Below, piece after piece: positions 11,421-24,752 of a stretch of DNA of 64,000 nucleotides (positions are counted from its first letter, which is position 1; each line of letters begins with the position of its first letter). The stretch is from Botryllus schlosseri (taxonomy: Eukaryota). The stretch is taken from positions 9,424,001 through 9,488,000 of the forward strand of contig CM119384.1 in NCBI GenBank assembly GCA_051294905.1. Direction: 5' to 3'. The position numbers and the translations under genes were made by a program. The notes under the pieces were generated by a model, which worked only from the letters and a program-made list of their open reading frames with translations, made no database searches and was not told where the DNA came from.

Positions 11421-12391
11421 CTTTGCCAACTCTTCTCTGACGCTGAACCTCTCGCGGTCAGCTGGTGACTCGGCAGTCGATTGCAAATCTGAGGCTGCTC
11501 TAAATATCAGTTCGTTGCTCGCGATAGTATGTTGTGAGTCGTGACTGCAGTGTAGTTAGTAACTGTGGCCACGTTATTAGGAAATACCCTAAGGGTGTTG
11601 TGGAATCTTTATAGCGTAACCGTATCAGGAAAGCCAGTAATCTTATAGCTCGGCGACCTTAATTGTCCCGTATGGCCCGGTATGGGTTATTCCTTTGCTT
11701 TAGTGGCATAACGCTAGTAACTTTACCCGATCACGGTTACGGAACCATTGAATTCACCAAACAGCTTAAATGTTGTCTTCACTTATCATGTCTATACGTC
11801 TATACTACACTACCAGCTACAGTTTTACTTGAGACCTGACAGAGCCTCGATATTTTGAATCTTGCAGCAATGTTTTTCTAATATGTATTAACCATTTTAG
11901 GTAGATGGTCTCGGTTCGATATTGTGGTGAGTGGTTTACACGAATAGCTACACAAAATCTATAATATTTCGTAAAATATGGGCGGTTCGATGAGTGCTGC
12001 ATTGCTGTCGCCAAATAGCAAATTGCGCAGTGAGGATTTGGGTAATGCTGGTCATTTGCATAGTCAAGCGATTTCTAGAGTGAAATAGATTTGGCATGGA
12101 TACCGGTATATTGTTTGTTGCGATATTGAGGTTTTGTACCTCAAGATACGATACCTATTTGTAGAATTAGTTCTAGGTTTATGCGGGATTGTCGACAATG
12201 GGGAGCCTCTGACATCATTGTCAATCTTGGCCGAATTTCTATCCACATAATAATGGACCTATACATGTCTTGTATTACTCATCACCCCCTCTTACACCCG
12301 TATATGATCACCCGTCATGCTTTTACTTGTCATTGCTTTGGAAAATAATGCATCTTTACTATCACTTAAACAGGTTGTTGTTTTCAAAAAT
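11421..12391. promoter_or_regulatory. Probable bidirectional promoter / 5' UTR interval between the FucT-like and TMEM53-like genes
   Basis: Divergent start codons 971 bp apart with no recognisable TE between them; transcription start sites cannot be seen. Confidence 0.45.
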
Positions 12392-13102
12392 ATGTTACTG
12401 AACCAGTTGTCAAATAGACTGGTGAAGATAAACTGTTGTTCTGTGCATGACGGAATTACCGGATTTACTCAATATAGTTGCTGTAACACTGGGATTCAAG
12501 TGCGCCATGCGTCCAACAGCAGTAATGGCGGGCTCGGAAGAAAAGGAATTGTTGTGATACTTCCGTGGCTTAACGCGCCAAAACCAGCCATCAAAAAGTA
12601 TGAAGATTTGTACCAACGACACGGCTTGCAATCGCTCGTATATCAAGCCAATCTGAAAGACTTCATCTTTCCGAAATCGGGCCTTCAAAGAAGCGCAGTA
12701 ATTTTGGACAGTTTGATGATGATGTCGGAAAGTGGAAATGATCATGCGAAAATTGTAATCCACTCGTCTTCAGTGGGTTGCTATTTCTACGCTCTGATGC
12801 TTCATCAAATGAAAAATCATCCAGAAACATATCAAATCGTCCGTGACTCTATTGCAGCTCAAGTGTGCGATAGTCCTGTTGTCGGAACGTTGAATGAAAT
12901 GGCATATGGTGTGGGTAAAATGCTCAGCCCAAAATCGCAATTGTTAGCCAGTCTCTATAGCAGACTCTGTTTGATGTACTTTTCTTTTGCCAAAGACACC
13001 GTTTCATTGTACGATGAATTGATTGACACGTTCAAGCATCATGCGCCATCAGCACCTTCAATGATATGCGCTGCAGAAGATGATCCCATGCAAATACCAC
13101 AG
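12392..13102 (+). CDS. TMEM53-like: TMEM53/DUF829-family alpha/beta-hydrolase-fold protein, exon 1
   Basis: VVILPWLNA...IKKYEDLY, IVIHSSSVG, QVCDSPVVG, PSMICAAEDDPM; gttaat donor at 13103, phase 0. The ATG at 12392 is assumed. Confidence 0.85.
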
Positions 13103-13326
13103 GTTAATTCCTCAACTCATTGCTTTCTACTTTTTATTTTTACTATTTGTTAATAGAGTTGTCTCTAATTCTTAGTTATTTCCAGTGTCTCACATTCATA
13201 ATACTATCCTCCACCCACCCACTCACGGAGATGGTCATTGACAACTAGGCTAATTCTACTAAGTTCCACTTTTACTATCGGTACAACAGTTTTTTATGAT
13301 TTACATATTGTTCAACTTATAGATTC

Positions 13327-14187
13327 CAGTGTTTGGATCAAGTCACTACCTTCCAGTCACGAGTCATTTCGAGTCATTGCACATTTCGACTCGAGTCAAG
13401 TCAAGTCACTCGATTTTTGGAGGTGACTCGAGTCAAGTCATGAGTCAAGTCACAATTCAAGTCAAGTTGCCTTTTCGGAGTATGAGGCATGATTAGTGAT
13501 TACGTCATTGCATTTTGCTAGCGGTCTGAAATACAGATTGAGTGTTCATTGATGTTGAACCGATGAACGAATATAGAGTTGAATATATACATACACACAA
13601 GAAGGCGCTGTATCGCTAAACTACGCAAGTAATTGCATAGCCTCAGTTCATAGTTTCCAGCCAAAATAGAGAATAGAGAAACGAATTGATAAGATGCCAT
13701 GCATTACCCATTTACAAATTGATATGATACAATCCGAGCTTGCGCCAATGGTTGAGGACTATATAAACTATATTCGAACTCAACTACAATAAAACAAGTG
13801 GATTGGTCAAGGTAAAATCAGAGAACAGAAATAGACATTTTGCTCATTTATTACAGCACTACTAGTCTACGGCAACGTAACCTGTAAGCTTCGATTACTT
13901 CGTTTGCGGTCAATTTATTTGTGAGAGAGCAATGGAGGCTCGGTGAAACGCACGGTCATTGAATGATTGGTCGCTCTCACGGGTTCCACCAGCGTTTCGC
14001 AAACAGTCCGAACATATGCAAGATACAGTGATTTTATCGACACTGATGACTTGAAATTGACTCTTGAATTTTGTCCAAGTCGCGAGTCAATCCACATTTC
14101 TGATACGCCGAGTCAAGTCAAGTCATTTTGTCAAAGTTGCTCAAGTCAAGTCATACGAAAAAGGTGACTCGAGTCATCCCAGCACTG
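13327..14187. mobile_element. hAT MITE (CAGTGTTGGGAT TIR, GACTCGAGTCAAGTCA arrays) in the TMEM53-like intron
   Basis: Perfect 8-bp TSD ATAGATTC; homologous to 30251-31166. Confidence 0.92.
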
Positions 14188-14981
14188 ATAGATTCGCATC
14201 GCTTGAAACATGAGTGAAATTGCGACCAAAACCGTATGATGCAGATTTTATAGGACAGCAACATAATTGTTAAACTTACACCTATATTCATTGTGTCCCA
14301 AGTCATTTTGTGTTTGTCATAAAGAGGCATCTAGCAATTTTACAAAACTCCGCCGCTGATTGACCAACAAAATTATGTCATGCGACGCCTTATCCTAAGC
14401 TACTTTTGAAGCTTATGACTTTAGTACTTATCAAATCTGTCAATTTTGACTTGATCACATCAATAGTTATTATGCAATTTTTTAATTAGGTAGAAATTTA
14501 TGACTTTACTTCTACTTGTACTTGAGTACCAGCAACGACTACTGTAACTGCTTCTGAGCAATGTCCATCAACTTGAATACTTTTCTTAGTGTTATATTCT
14601 GGTCTAGATTATGATTTGCTTCACTTTTATTCATGAAGATGATGCTGGTAACAGAAATAAAAATCAGCTAATGAGAAATAAGTAAGCATACCATATCGAA
14701 GATTTTGAGAATTTACCTAAAGGACTGAACTGATTAATTCCTTTTTTGCATATAAAAAAAAGCTGAAACTCGTCAGATAATTGAAATTAGATTCACAAGT
14801 GCGGATGTTCAATATACACTCCTGTGTTGCGACAGCTATCGGCAGTAATTGAAAATTCATTCAGTCTTTTGTCTCAGGATTAGATGCGATCGTATACCTT
14901 CAAATGATTGATGTTCTATTTTTGTGGCAATTGTCAACATCGCCATTGTATTTTCATTGTCATACCGTTGCACCCTTACAG

Positions 14982-15131
14982 GCCTATCAAGAATTACACA
15001 CATCATGGGAAAAGAGAAGCACAGTTACCGAAAAGAAATGGAAGCAGTCACAACATGCACAAAATTTGAGATACCATCCTGAGGAGTATGAAAAGATGGT
15101 GAAAGAACTCTTGAAAGACGCGAAGATTTAA
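14982..15131 (+). CDS. TMEM53-like: TMEM53/DUF829-family protein, exon 2 (terminal)
   Basis: cccttacag acceptor; W...SQHAQNLRYHPEEY matches the DUF829 C-terminal H-x2-H/N-L-R-x-HPEEY pattern; TAA at 15129-15131. Confidence 0.85.
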   Translation, partial: AYQELHTSWEKRSTVTEKKWKQSQHAQNLRYHPEEYEKMVKELLKDAKI

Positions 15132-15759
15132 CACTGTGCTCTGCGTATATTTTGTTCCTATCACAAAGCCATGTGGCACCCTGACATGAGGTGCGTGAAT
15201 TGTTCAGCGTGCCTAATGAATGCAAATTTGCCCAACTCTGATATCGAAATATTGAAACCATAATACACAAGATAACTCGCACATCACCACTATCATAAAT
15301 AATTCTGAAATGTTTGGTTATCTCATTTCATTGTCGTGGATTTCTAAACGTCACATTTTTGCATCACAGTTTGCCATATTGTTCAGGGTCAAGACTTTGG
15401 ATACAATGATAGATTAGCTAGGTAATGGATGAATGACAATGTGTTACGTTTTAAAAGCACTTTCTGCATCTAGTCAAAACGTTAACGAAATTGCAACTTT
15501 TGATAGTTGTCCAGAATTTATTTACAAATTCTACATCTTCTTTTTACGAATGAGTTATACTTCTTGCCAGTAACAGTATTTCTTATGATAATAAATATTT
15601 TATAAATACTGTCAACATTGTTTCTACTGTGAAGTTCCCAAGAATGACGCATTTGCATCTCTTCTCCGTTTTCATCATGTTTGTATGTGGTGTAGTTGCT
15701 AATCATGGTTGCTATTACGATGCCATTTAGATATCTGCTTCAGTGTTTACCCTCCAAAC

Positions 15760-16181
15760 CAAAGATGAGCGGATTTGGAATTTCTATGTCCTAATCCGAA
15801 GCTTCAAATCCTAATCCAGAACTTTTGCATATTAAAGTCCATGTCCAATCCTAATCCGATTCCAACTTGAAATTCAGAAAAAAGGCTATTTATGCAAGGG
15901 AGGAATTGGGAATTTTTCTTTCACAGCCAGCAATTCTCTTGATTTTCGATAACTTGGCACATGGCTGCACCTCTCATGCTCATTGGCACCGAGTGTACCA
16001 TAAGTACATTAATAACTGATCTGAATAAAGTTTGTCGCCATTCGCCACACGACATATCAATCTCCCCCAAAAATCGGTAAATCCAATCCAAATCCTAATC
16101 CTTTCAGAAGAAAATCTCTAATCCTAATCCAATCCAAATCCTGGTTTTTCAAAACCTAATCCTAATCCATGCTCATCTCTG
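15760..16181. mobile_element. MITE with CA(A/G)AGATGAGC TIRs and CTAATCC subterminal repeats
   Basis: caaagatgagc / gctcatctctg termini; TSD not resolved. Confidence 0.7.
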
Positions 16182-16878
16182 AAACCAGGGCAGACACAGC
16201 ACTTCGTCAGCCCCCCTAAACGTCGGTCTTTGGGCCCCCATAGGTAGATAAACAAAACTTCTGGGGAGCTTCGCTTCTAACATTATCTCAAGAATCAGAG
16301 AAGTCAAAGTATTCAGCATTGCTACTCAAGTAGAAGTAATTGTAACCAGAGGTGGTCAAAGTAGTCAAGAAAGCTACTCAAGTAGAAGTAGAAGTAGCGA
16401 CGAAAAAAATCTACTCAAGTACGAGTAGAAGTACGTATTACATAAGCAACCTAAAACTACTTGAAGTAGAATTGACTGACTTTAAATCTACTCAAGTAAG
16501 TAGTTGTGAAAACGATCATAATTCGTTCGCATGGATTGTCAAGAGGTGCAAATTGAGCTATGCGGAAGGTGCCGAGCTTGATTCATATTGATGCATACCA
16601 GAAGGTATTCAATTTTCGACAGCATAAGCATTCGTCCGCATCATGGGATGAAAATGATAGTATTGATATGGAAATGCGATATTAATCCTCTGCTTATTCG
16701 AACAGCACGTTTTAGAAAATATCATGGTATGGCGCACTCCCTCATATTACAAGGCCCGTAGTTTAGTCGAAGAGCAATACGGAGAAATTGTATAGGATAT
16801 GGCGTAAACACTTTGCGCGATTAGTAAACGTGAATAAAAAATATGGTGGATCGTAAAATGCTATATTGTGTTGCTTTA

Positions 16879-17394
16879 CAGGGTTGTAATAACTCGAGTC
16901 ATTTTCTCAAAATACGGAAATGACTCGACTCGAGTCAATCTGTGTATTGACTCGACTTGGACTCGAGTCAGTGCGCATGACTCGAACCACGTCATATGAC
17001 TCGAGACTCAGACGGCCAAGACCTACATTTCATTGTAATTTCGAAGAATAGTAAAATTACCAGACTATTGGGATTTTGTCTATCAGTACTGGTAATTGCA
17101 AATGCGGCCATAAACTACTAAAAGTGAGGAAATTTAGTAAATTATAAATGCGAACCATTCGATATCAACAAACAGAGTTATAAAAAGTTGGCTTAACAAG
17201 ACTTTAACTGGAAACTGAGCAATCAACACAATGACTTGGACTCGGACTCGAGTCATAATACCATGACTCGGACTCAACCCTCTGCTCAGTGACTTGGACT
17301 CGGACTTGACTCGGTGGTGAATTGAAAATGATTCGACTTGACTCGAGTCAAAACTATAAAATTGAGATCGACTTGTGACTTGGTTACAACCCCG
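16879..17394. mobile_element. Nested hAT MITE (CAGGGTTGTAA TIR, GACTCGAGTC motifs)
   Basis: TSD TTGCTTTA; relatives at about 34585-34835 and 61203-61700. Confidence 0.88.
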
Positions 17395-18113
17395 TTGCTT
17401 TATTTCCGGAAATTAAAGGCATTACACTTGCTTTTATACTTCAATATGTATGTTATCCAGACAAAAGAACTGATATTAATTAGCACTCAAGGTATATGAT
17501 ACTGGGAATAAAAAGTGAAATATAAATACTACTTCTAAAAGCGGAAAATGTATTTCATGTCTTTAAAACAGAAAGTTTCAAAGGTGGTATGGTAAAACAG
17601 CTCTAAAACTAAAAAAAAAGTCAGAGTCCACTTTTCCAGATTAGGACACGCCATGGACTGCTAGATGACGATATGATAAGTAAATGCTAGATTGCGAAAC
17701 ATCAGTTTCAAACGTTATGATGAGCCATACATCCTGTGATGAAATATTTCATATGGGCGAAGAACGACGCCAATATGAACGGAACCACGCCAACCCGCTA
17801 CCTAAATTATATTCACCGATACTTTCGTGAAATCATACTGGTTACTTCGTATTCACTGAGCGCGAATAAAATTCTGGGCTTTACTAAACTTTTATGAAAA
17901 TTAAATGTTTATATTTCGCGAAAACAGCTCCGAAATTCCTCAGGCTATCTTCCTGATTGAAGGAATAAAATACTTCTACTCGACAAACTGAAAATAGCCA
18001 AAAGTAAGTAAGTAGATCACAAAATATTACGAAGTAGATGTAGCGATAATCATATATACTTGAGTACCAGAAGTAGAGGGAAACTACTTGAGTACTTCGA
18101 AAAAGTAGAAGTA

Positions 18114-19082
18114 GGGGAGATGTGGTACCGATGGATCACTGGGACCGAAAATGCTTAAAAAATACTCCATGATAATTCCATGATTACACTCCGTGAATTT
18201 GTCTACAGTTGCATGCTGGCAGAATCTTTTTTCACATGCAAAAAAATTCGACCTGCGTGAGTTAATGGGGTCTGTGATGAATGATTTACGTTTTAGGGGG
18301 TGTAAAGTTAATTTGGATCGACATTTGCATTTTTCTATATCACCTTTCAGACTAACAAACCCGCCATAATTTTTGATGTGAAGTTTGGGGCTTGTATCAG
18401 GTTATATAATGGCACATATTTTTTCAATCAATACCATCCTTGAGTTGACTATTTTCAAGTCAATTACAATATTTATGGGGTGGGGGACCTATGGTACCAT
18501 GTCCAAATCAAGCAAAATAGATGGACCAACTAATCACTTACCAACAGAAACTCGACTACATATATATAGGCTGTAAATCGTAGTCAAGTGTGGTGTTTTA
18601 TCGCTATTACGAGGTATTTGAAAGTCAAAATGTCGATTTTCAGGTAATGTGTATGTGGCAATAATTTTGTAAATTTTAGCGTAAATCAAAATAAGATTTT
18701 ATGCCAACATTTGAGTTGACATAATCTATTTTATTCTTGAAGGTCGCGACGAAACATTCTTCATTGACTTGCTATAGCTATAGCTTAGCTTCTAGTACAC
18801 AACAAAACAAATGAACAAATTTGAGTTTTTGAGCGTACGTCTCATAGGTCCCATGGTCGTGTGCCTTTGGAACCACCGGGTGGGGACCGATGACACGTTC
18901 GAGCAACAAATTTTAAACGTTTATAAATATTTTTTGAAAAGGCGGATATTCATGTATATGTCTGCGATAAGTAGAGCTTGTATCGAAGTGTTGAGACAGC
19001 AAAAGATCTGCTATTCTCGGCTGAAGATTTGAGGGCCAGAGATCATTTTGCAATTTTTGATCCATCGGTACCACATCTCCCC
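18114..19082. mobile_element. Nested TA-flanked MITE (Tc1/mariner-pogo-like) with TIR GGGGAGATGTGGTACCGATGGA
   Basis: 22-bp perfect TIRs; inserted at the TA of the host motif gaagTActtcg (compare the uninterrupted copy at about 43117). Confidence 0.88.
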
Positions 19083-19692
19083 TACTTCGTTACTGACCAC
19101 CTCTGATTGTAACTCCATAAATTTCTACTCAGTTACTACTAGGGATGGTGTGAACATAGTGTACTATATGGTGTCGACACAAGCAAATCGCTTTTTCTAT
19201 GCGCTTCGGTACAAGCGAGCACACACCATCCTTTCCTTGACTTGTAAGGGGAGGACTAGGTCCACAGAATGTATTAGGGCCCTACCAATTTTCGCGCAAT
19301 ATCCGCCGGTCCGCGGACCGGCGGTTGAGAACCACTGATGTAGATAGCATATTCGGAATGAAGCAACCCCGTGTGTCACCAGCAGTGTACGCACAACTTC
19401 AGTGTTGTCAGCCAACAACTGCTGCTGTCGAACGTTCTTTCTCTATTCTCGTCAAGCTACTTAATTAGTACGGACAGACACTTTCTACCCGAGAATGTAG
19501 GAAAGTATCTTTCGTTGTACTACAACAAATTTTAATTGTTTCTACTATAATACGTGATGCAACTACTGGAATTCTTCATACGGCCAGATTTCGGTAAAAT
19601 ACTAGTTTTTTTCATTAACAATTTTTCAGTTTTTAAGCCAAAAACGTGTTTTCAGGCCAAACTACTGCGTAAGCACAGACAGTTCCAACCAG

Positions 19693-19880
19693 AAATAGCG
19701 TAGTGGTAACGATAAGTGCCTACTAAGCCGGTGGACCGGCTTCGATTCCCATCGGAGGTTCATCTGGGCTCCTCTTCGCCCAGAAAAAAGACCCGAAGAA
19801 AGAAAGCACTCACAAGAAATGGAAAGAACATCCTCCTATCTGTTCATTACATCGCATTGTACATTGACATCTGATGAAAA
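19693..19880 (+). mobile_element. tRNA-derived SINE fragment
   Basis: A-box-like TAGCGTAGTGG, B-box-like GGCTTCGATTCC, and gggctcctc-tcgcc shared with the SINE at 43625-43942. Confidence 0.6.
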
Positions 19881-20038
19881 TTATAACCATCGATTGTTGT
19901 TGTTTTTGTGACAAGTTACAAGATTACCAACAACTGATTAGGGTAATAATTTCGTCACCAAAGTGGAGTATGATGATATGGCATCTCACCTACGGCAATT
20001 TGTTGCGATTGACCAAAAATGCTGGAATTAGTCAAGAG

Positions 20039-20832
20039 CAGGGGTGGCCAACCTGCGGCCGTAGAAGGAAATTTGTGCGACCGTGGACAAGTAATTCAAT
20101 TAGTATGTGTTGCCGGCCGTCGACGTGCAATTTGAATTTACGAATTAATTCCCGATTTCGTGATAGATTTTAATAAATCTTGAAATTTTCTTCGCGCTCC
20201 GCGCAATTCAACATAGCTTCATTTTTCGATTTTAATAGTACGGCCCTTTGAAATTAGAGCACCACATTACATATTCGAACAGCAGAGGAAAATGATACGC
20301 CCCATATAGAAATACCAATTCGGAATAGTGTAATCCTCACTATACCGACAATCCTGATGGGAGGTTAAGAAATAACGGCATGCATCAAAGTGACTAATAA
20401 CAATTGGCCCACCCGAACACGCAACATCATTTATAACTTGCCCTGAATTTTCGAAAACACCCCCTCCATCAACTCAACCGGTTAATCTAATCACATCCAT
20501 TGGCTGAAAAAGGATAAATGCTTGATAGTAATGTGGAAAACAACTAATATCAGTCACGAAGTTCATAGTAATTCTTGAAAAATTTTCGCGCTTAGTGCTA
20601 CATTGTACACGCCCATAGCATGACCAGTAGCCTAGCATTTCGGTGCGTATAGCAAGCCTATATGATTAAATAGATTACTCCGGAGTTCACCAGAGATGGA
20701 CATAGACACTCTAATACGGGAATTTATTGGCGTACAGTTGGTTCATTACGACTATGCCCTGGAATGCGGCCGTATAGGCTACATGGGTAGTCGAAATGCG
20801 GCCGTGAATGGCAAAAAGGTAGGCCACCCCTG
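20039..20832. mobile_element. hAT MITE (CAGGGGTGGCCAACC TIR)
   Basis: Perfect TSD GTCAAGAG. Confidence 0.92.
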
Positions 20833-21574
20833 GTCAAGAGTGACCTAACAATGGGAAAACGGGAGTTTCCGTTCCATGGTCCCATTCGAAAGTCATAAAA
20901 AAGAAAATCCTCAACAGGAATAAGAGACCTTATTCAATGTATTCGACTCAATATTGCGATATTAATGATTTTGAATTCCACTCGAATTCCGGTAGGAGCT
21001 GCATCGCCACAGAAACCCCCACTAGAGCCACGGCTGATATAGATTCACCAAAAACCGTCTTGGCGTAAATTATTTTTTCAGTTTCAGCAAAATTTTAAAG
21101 AAAAGGTATGGACACTAGACAGTAGGGATGATGTGAACGTCAGGTTCACGTTCGCGTTCTGTGTGTGAACCTCGGAAATTTAGATGTTCACGTTCACAAA
21201 CGAACCTTGGTAGGTTCTGCACTGTGAACCTTTTTCATATATTACAATTTTCACTTCATTATAACATCTTCGGATGAAAGTTATTGTATTTCAACTGCAG
21301 ACACTCTTATATGCATGGCGCTGGCAGCATAAAAAAAATCAAGACAATCTCAAAAATTTTACGTGCTTTGTTACAAAGATTTGCTCGAAATACCCAGCTT
21401 CCCGCCAGTGAATATTGAGTGACTCTCTGCTGTCAGCCTGACCCGCAATTACACAACATCAAGAGCAAAATACACTACATAGGTAGTCAGCGAATGATGC
21501 TTATTGAACCAATCAATGAAATTCATATCGCTCAAATCTAGCAGGCGTACCAGGTCGATCTTGACTTCATATGT

Positions 21575-22395
21575 TTACTCGAGTCAAGTCAAGTCAAGTC
21601 ACGAGTCAAATCACAATTCAAGTCAAATTGAATTTCCGAAGTATAAGTGATGATTCAAAGTCAATTACGTTTTGCCAGCTGTGTGAAAGACAGAATAATT
21701 GATCATTTATCTTGTATCAATAACGAATAGCCTACCTAATTAAATATGCATGCAAAAACACGATGTATTCCTCACGCACACGTAGAGCTGTTAATAAAAT
21801 ACGCGAGGAACTGTAATGCTACATGCTGCAGTCAGTTATTATCAGTCAAAATATAGGACCTATAATACGAAGCTTCGAGAAGTTGAAACAAATTGATATG
21901 CATGGTGGTACAATAGCCTACACTACCCATCTACACATCCGTGAGAATATAATCACACGAACTATATTTGTTCGATTTAAATCATACAAGAGGGTTGGTA
22001 AATGTGAGCACTGCGCAACGTAAGCATTGAGCCGACTAAGAAACAGAGACATTGCTATTTAGAATAATCTTCTATTACTACTTCGACAGCGTAAGCTGTG
22101 ATCGTTTAGTTTGCGGTCAATTTATTTGTGATCTAACAATGGAGGATAGTGTAACGCAGGTTTAGTGAATGACTGGTTGCTCTTATCTCGAACAATCCAA
22201 ACATACACAAGATACAGTGATTTATTCGACACCGTTTACTTGATGACTTGAAATTGATTCGTAAATTTTGCCCCGAGTCACGAGTCAATGCACATTTTTG
22301 AAGCTCCGAGTCAAGTCAAGTCAAGTCATTTTTCCTAAGTGACTCGAGTCAAGTTAAGTCATACGAAAAAGTTGACTCGAGTCATCCCAACACTG
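21575..22395. mobile_element. 5'-truncated copy of the CAGTGTTGGGAT / GACTCGAGTC MITE
   Basis: Ends gagtcatcccaacactg; interior similar to 13327-14187. Confidence 0.8.
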
Positions 22396-22740
22396 TTATT
22401 ATGCAAAAGAGATTTGTTGGTTTATATCAGGGGCGGGCAACTTCTCCAGTCGGCGGGCCGGATATAGGAAAATTAAGTACTTGGCGGGCTGGATTGCTGA
22501 ATCGACACATTATTCGCCCATTTATCCAAATACACAAGGAATAAATCATTTCATTAAATATCATCATCACCAATGATGATGATGATGATGATATTTAATG
22601 AATGTATTTTAACGACAGTAATGTCACTTCAAAGCCATTTCTCGCCGATAATGACGAGGATATAATGTGGATTTGAGAACAGCATTGTCATACAGGCGCC
22701 GCCATGTCTGCTTCTCTCTGATCATACATCTCTGATTAAC

Positions 22741-23377
22741 TATATGGTGTGGACACAAGCAAATCTCACGGCTCAGTGAAATTGGTCTACGTCACACTTT
22801 CCATTTGGTCAAAGGCAATTTGACGGTAGTTTTTGACCGACTTGCCGAGCAGCAAATTTCATAAAACGGGTATCAATCGAAAGCTACCGCGGTGCTGGTT
22901 GCGAAAATATAAATTCTATTCTGCTCGAGGTTCTGGAACCCCCAAAATAAGCCTTGAATGTTGCATTGTGACGGAGTTTCGTATTGTGACGCAGCCATGC
23001 CGTCTGAGCAGCTTAGGAGCAAGCGCGCACGAGAGTTAGAGTATGAATGCTGAATCGGTTGCGCAGCAATGGCCAATACGCATGCGGTTTACTCTGCTCC
23101 TCACCTGCTCCCAGACGGCATGGTTGCGTCACAATACCAAACTCCGTTACAATGCAACATTCGAAGCTGATTTTGGGGGTTCCAGGACCACGAGCAGAAT
23201 AGAATTTATATTTTCGCAATTAGTACCGCGGTAGCTTTCGATTAATACCCGTTTTATCAATTTTCATGCTTGGCAAGCCGGTCAAAAATTACCGCCACAT
23301 TGCCTTTGACCAAAGGGAAAGTGCGACGTAGACCTATTTCACTAAGCCGTGAGATTTGCTTGTGTACACACCTTATA
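22741..23377. mobile_element. Foldback MITE with about 270-bp inverted arms
   Basis: Arms about 22741-23015 and 23104-23377; a single-arm copy lies at about 35640-35970. Confidence 0.85.
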
Positions 23378-23497
23378 GGACACTACGCTGTGCTCAATCA
23401 ACTCACGGCTCAATCCGTAATTAATATTTCAAGGTGTTCGATAAGCCCGGTACCCCAAATTTACCAACATATCAATTCATTAGGGCTGAGTAGGTGA

Positions 23498-23765
23498 TGA
23501 GATAGCGTCGTTGTTCATCCATGTGGCCTATTTTATCTCGATAATAAATTCATGCGGACCACGGCATCTACGAAATTTGAAAAGTGGCCCGCGACCCGTT
23601 TTGAGTTGGCGTCCCCTGGCATAAGCGGTGTCTTACAAAAGCCTACAAGTGTGCCGTGCTACAAGTCGGCGGTTACGGAATCAAAACTTATAAATATCGG
23701 TCTGGTGTAAATGACCATTGTAGTCTACCAACACCATGATTTCCACAAACGATATTAGGGTTGAG
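23498..23765 (+). mobile_element. tRNA-derived SINE, related to the copy at about 25685-25930
   Basis: Shared gagatagcgt head and gtgtctta-aaaagccta...gaccat-gtagt...aacaccatga body. Confidence 0.6.
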
Positions 23766-24752
23766 TACATCGTAAGTGCCGATAATGCAAGTCTTCTCGC
23801 TTCGACGAACTTACGTGCAAGCTCCACTCGCACGCTGCGCATACAAATAACATACAGTCACTAAAATTTGAGGAAGAAGCAAGTAGCGGGGTATCTCGGC
23901 AGACTGTAGCCGCGGGCCACATTATAATATAAGACGGAAAACTGTCCGCGGGCCGGACAAAATCCCTTCGCGGGCCGGATCCGGCCCGCGGGCCGTATGT
24001 TGCCCACCCCTGGTTTATATCATATAGGCCTGGAAGCTGAGCGGGCCTTGCAGGAAGCTAACTTTATATAGTATCCGCTTTATTTCGGCTAGGGAAAAAT
24101 TACCGATATTTCGGAACGGAATAGCATCATGTCGAGTTCTTTTTCGGCCCTACATTAATTCGATCCGAAACCAGCTGCATCTCAATCTGCGGAAGTCCGA
24201 CCAGAAATCCTGCCATCTTCAAACGAAGCACCATGCACCAAGCATATAAACTTCAAAGTCTCAATTTAATACGAGTCCGTACTTTTATATTATATAAAAA
24301 TTTATTAAGGCAACGCATATGCGCTGCGAAAAAGATCGTCCGCTCTATAAAAAAATCAGGAAATTCTCAACATGCGTGATCACCGTTCGATGAATGTAAA
24401 GGACTGGACACAGCATAATATTGGGAATCGAATCATTTCCAGAAGCAAGATGACCTCGTAAACCCGCCCTCGACACGAGTTCTTAGAAGCGAAACGGAAA
24501 CGGACTTCAACACTAACGAATTGTTGCATTATATTTTTATTGAATTATAACTGGTTGACGGGACGCAATTTCTGCCGAAGCTTGAGCTCATATCGTCGCC
24601 GGAATCAATCGAGTTACACTGAGCAGATCTTTGATTCCTTCACGGCGGTCGCATGATGTCATAGAATGTGTTAATACAGATTGAATTGAATTGGCATTTT
24701 GCATATAACTATACTAAGTAAGACAAATCTTTCAAGTACACGCTCTCTATCG

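Larger units (their letters stand above)
16347..19105. mobile_element. hAT element (CAGAGGTGGTCA TIR) expanded by nested insertions
   Basis: Perfect 8-bp TSD ATTGTAAC at both ends. Confidence 0.9.
22428..24012. mobile_element. hAT element (CAGGGGCGGGCAAC TIR) carrying a nested foldback and a SINE
   Basis: Perfect TSD GTTTATAT; gcgggccg subterminal motifs. Confidence 0.92.

Noticed and set aside
19693-19765. tRNA-like sequence (similar at about 25686 and 43340-43380)
   Set aside because: A/B-box-like motifs are present but no complete cloverleaf, and the sequence continues into repeat bodies, so these are SINE heads.
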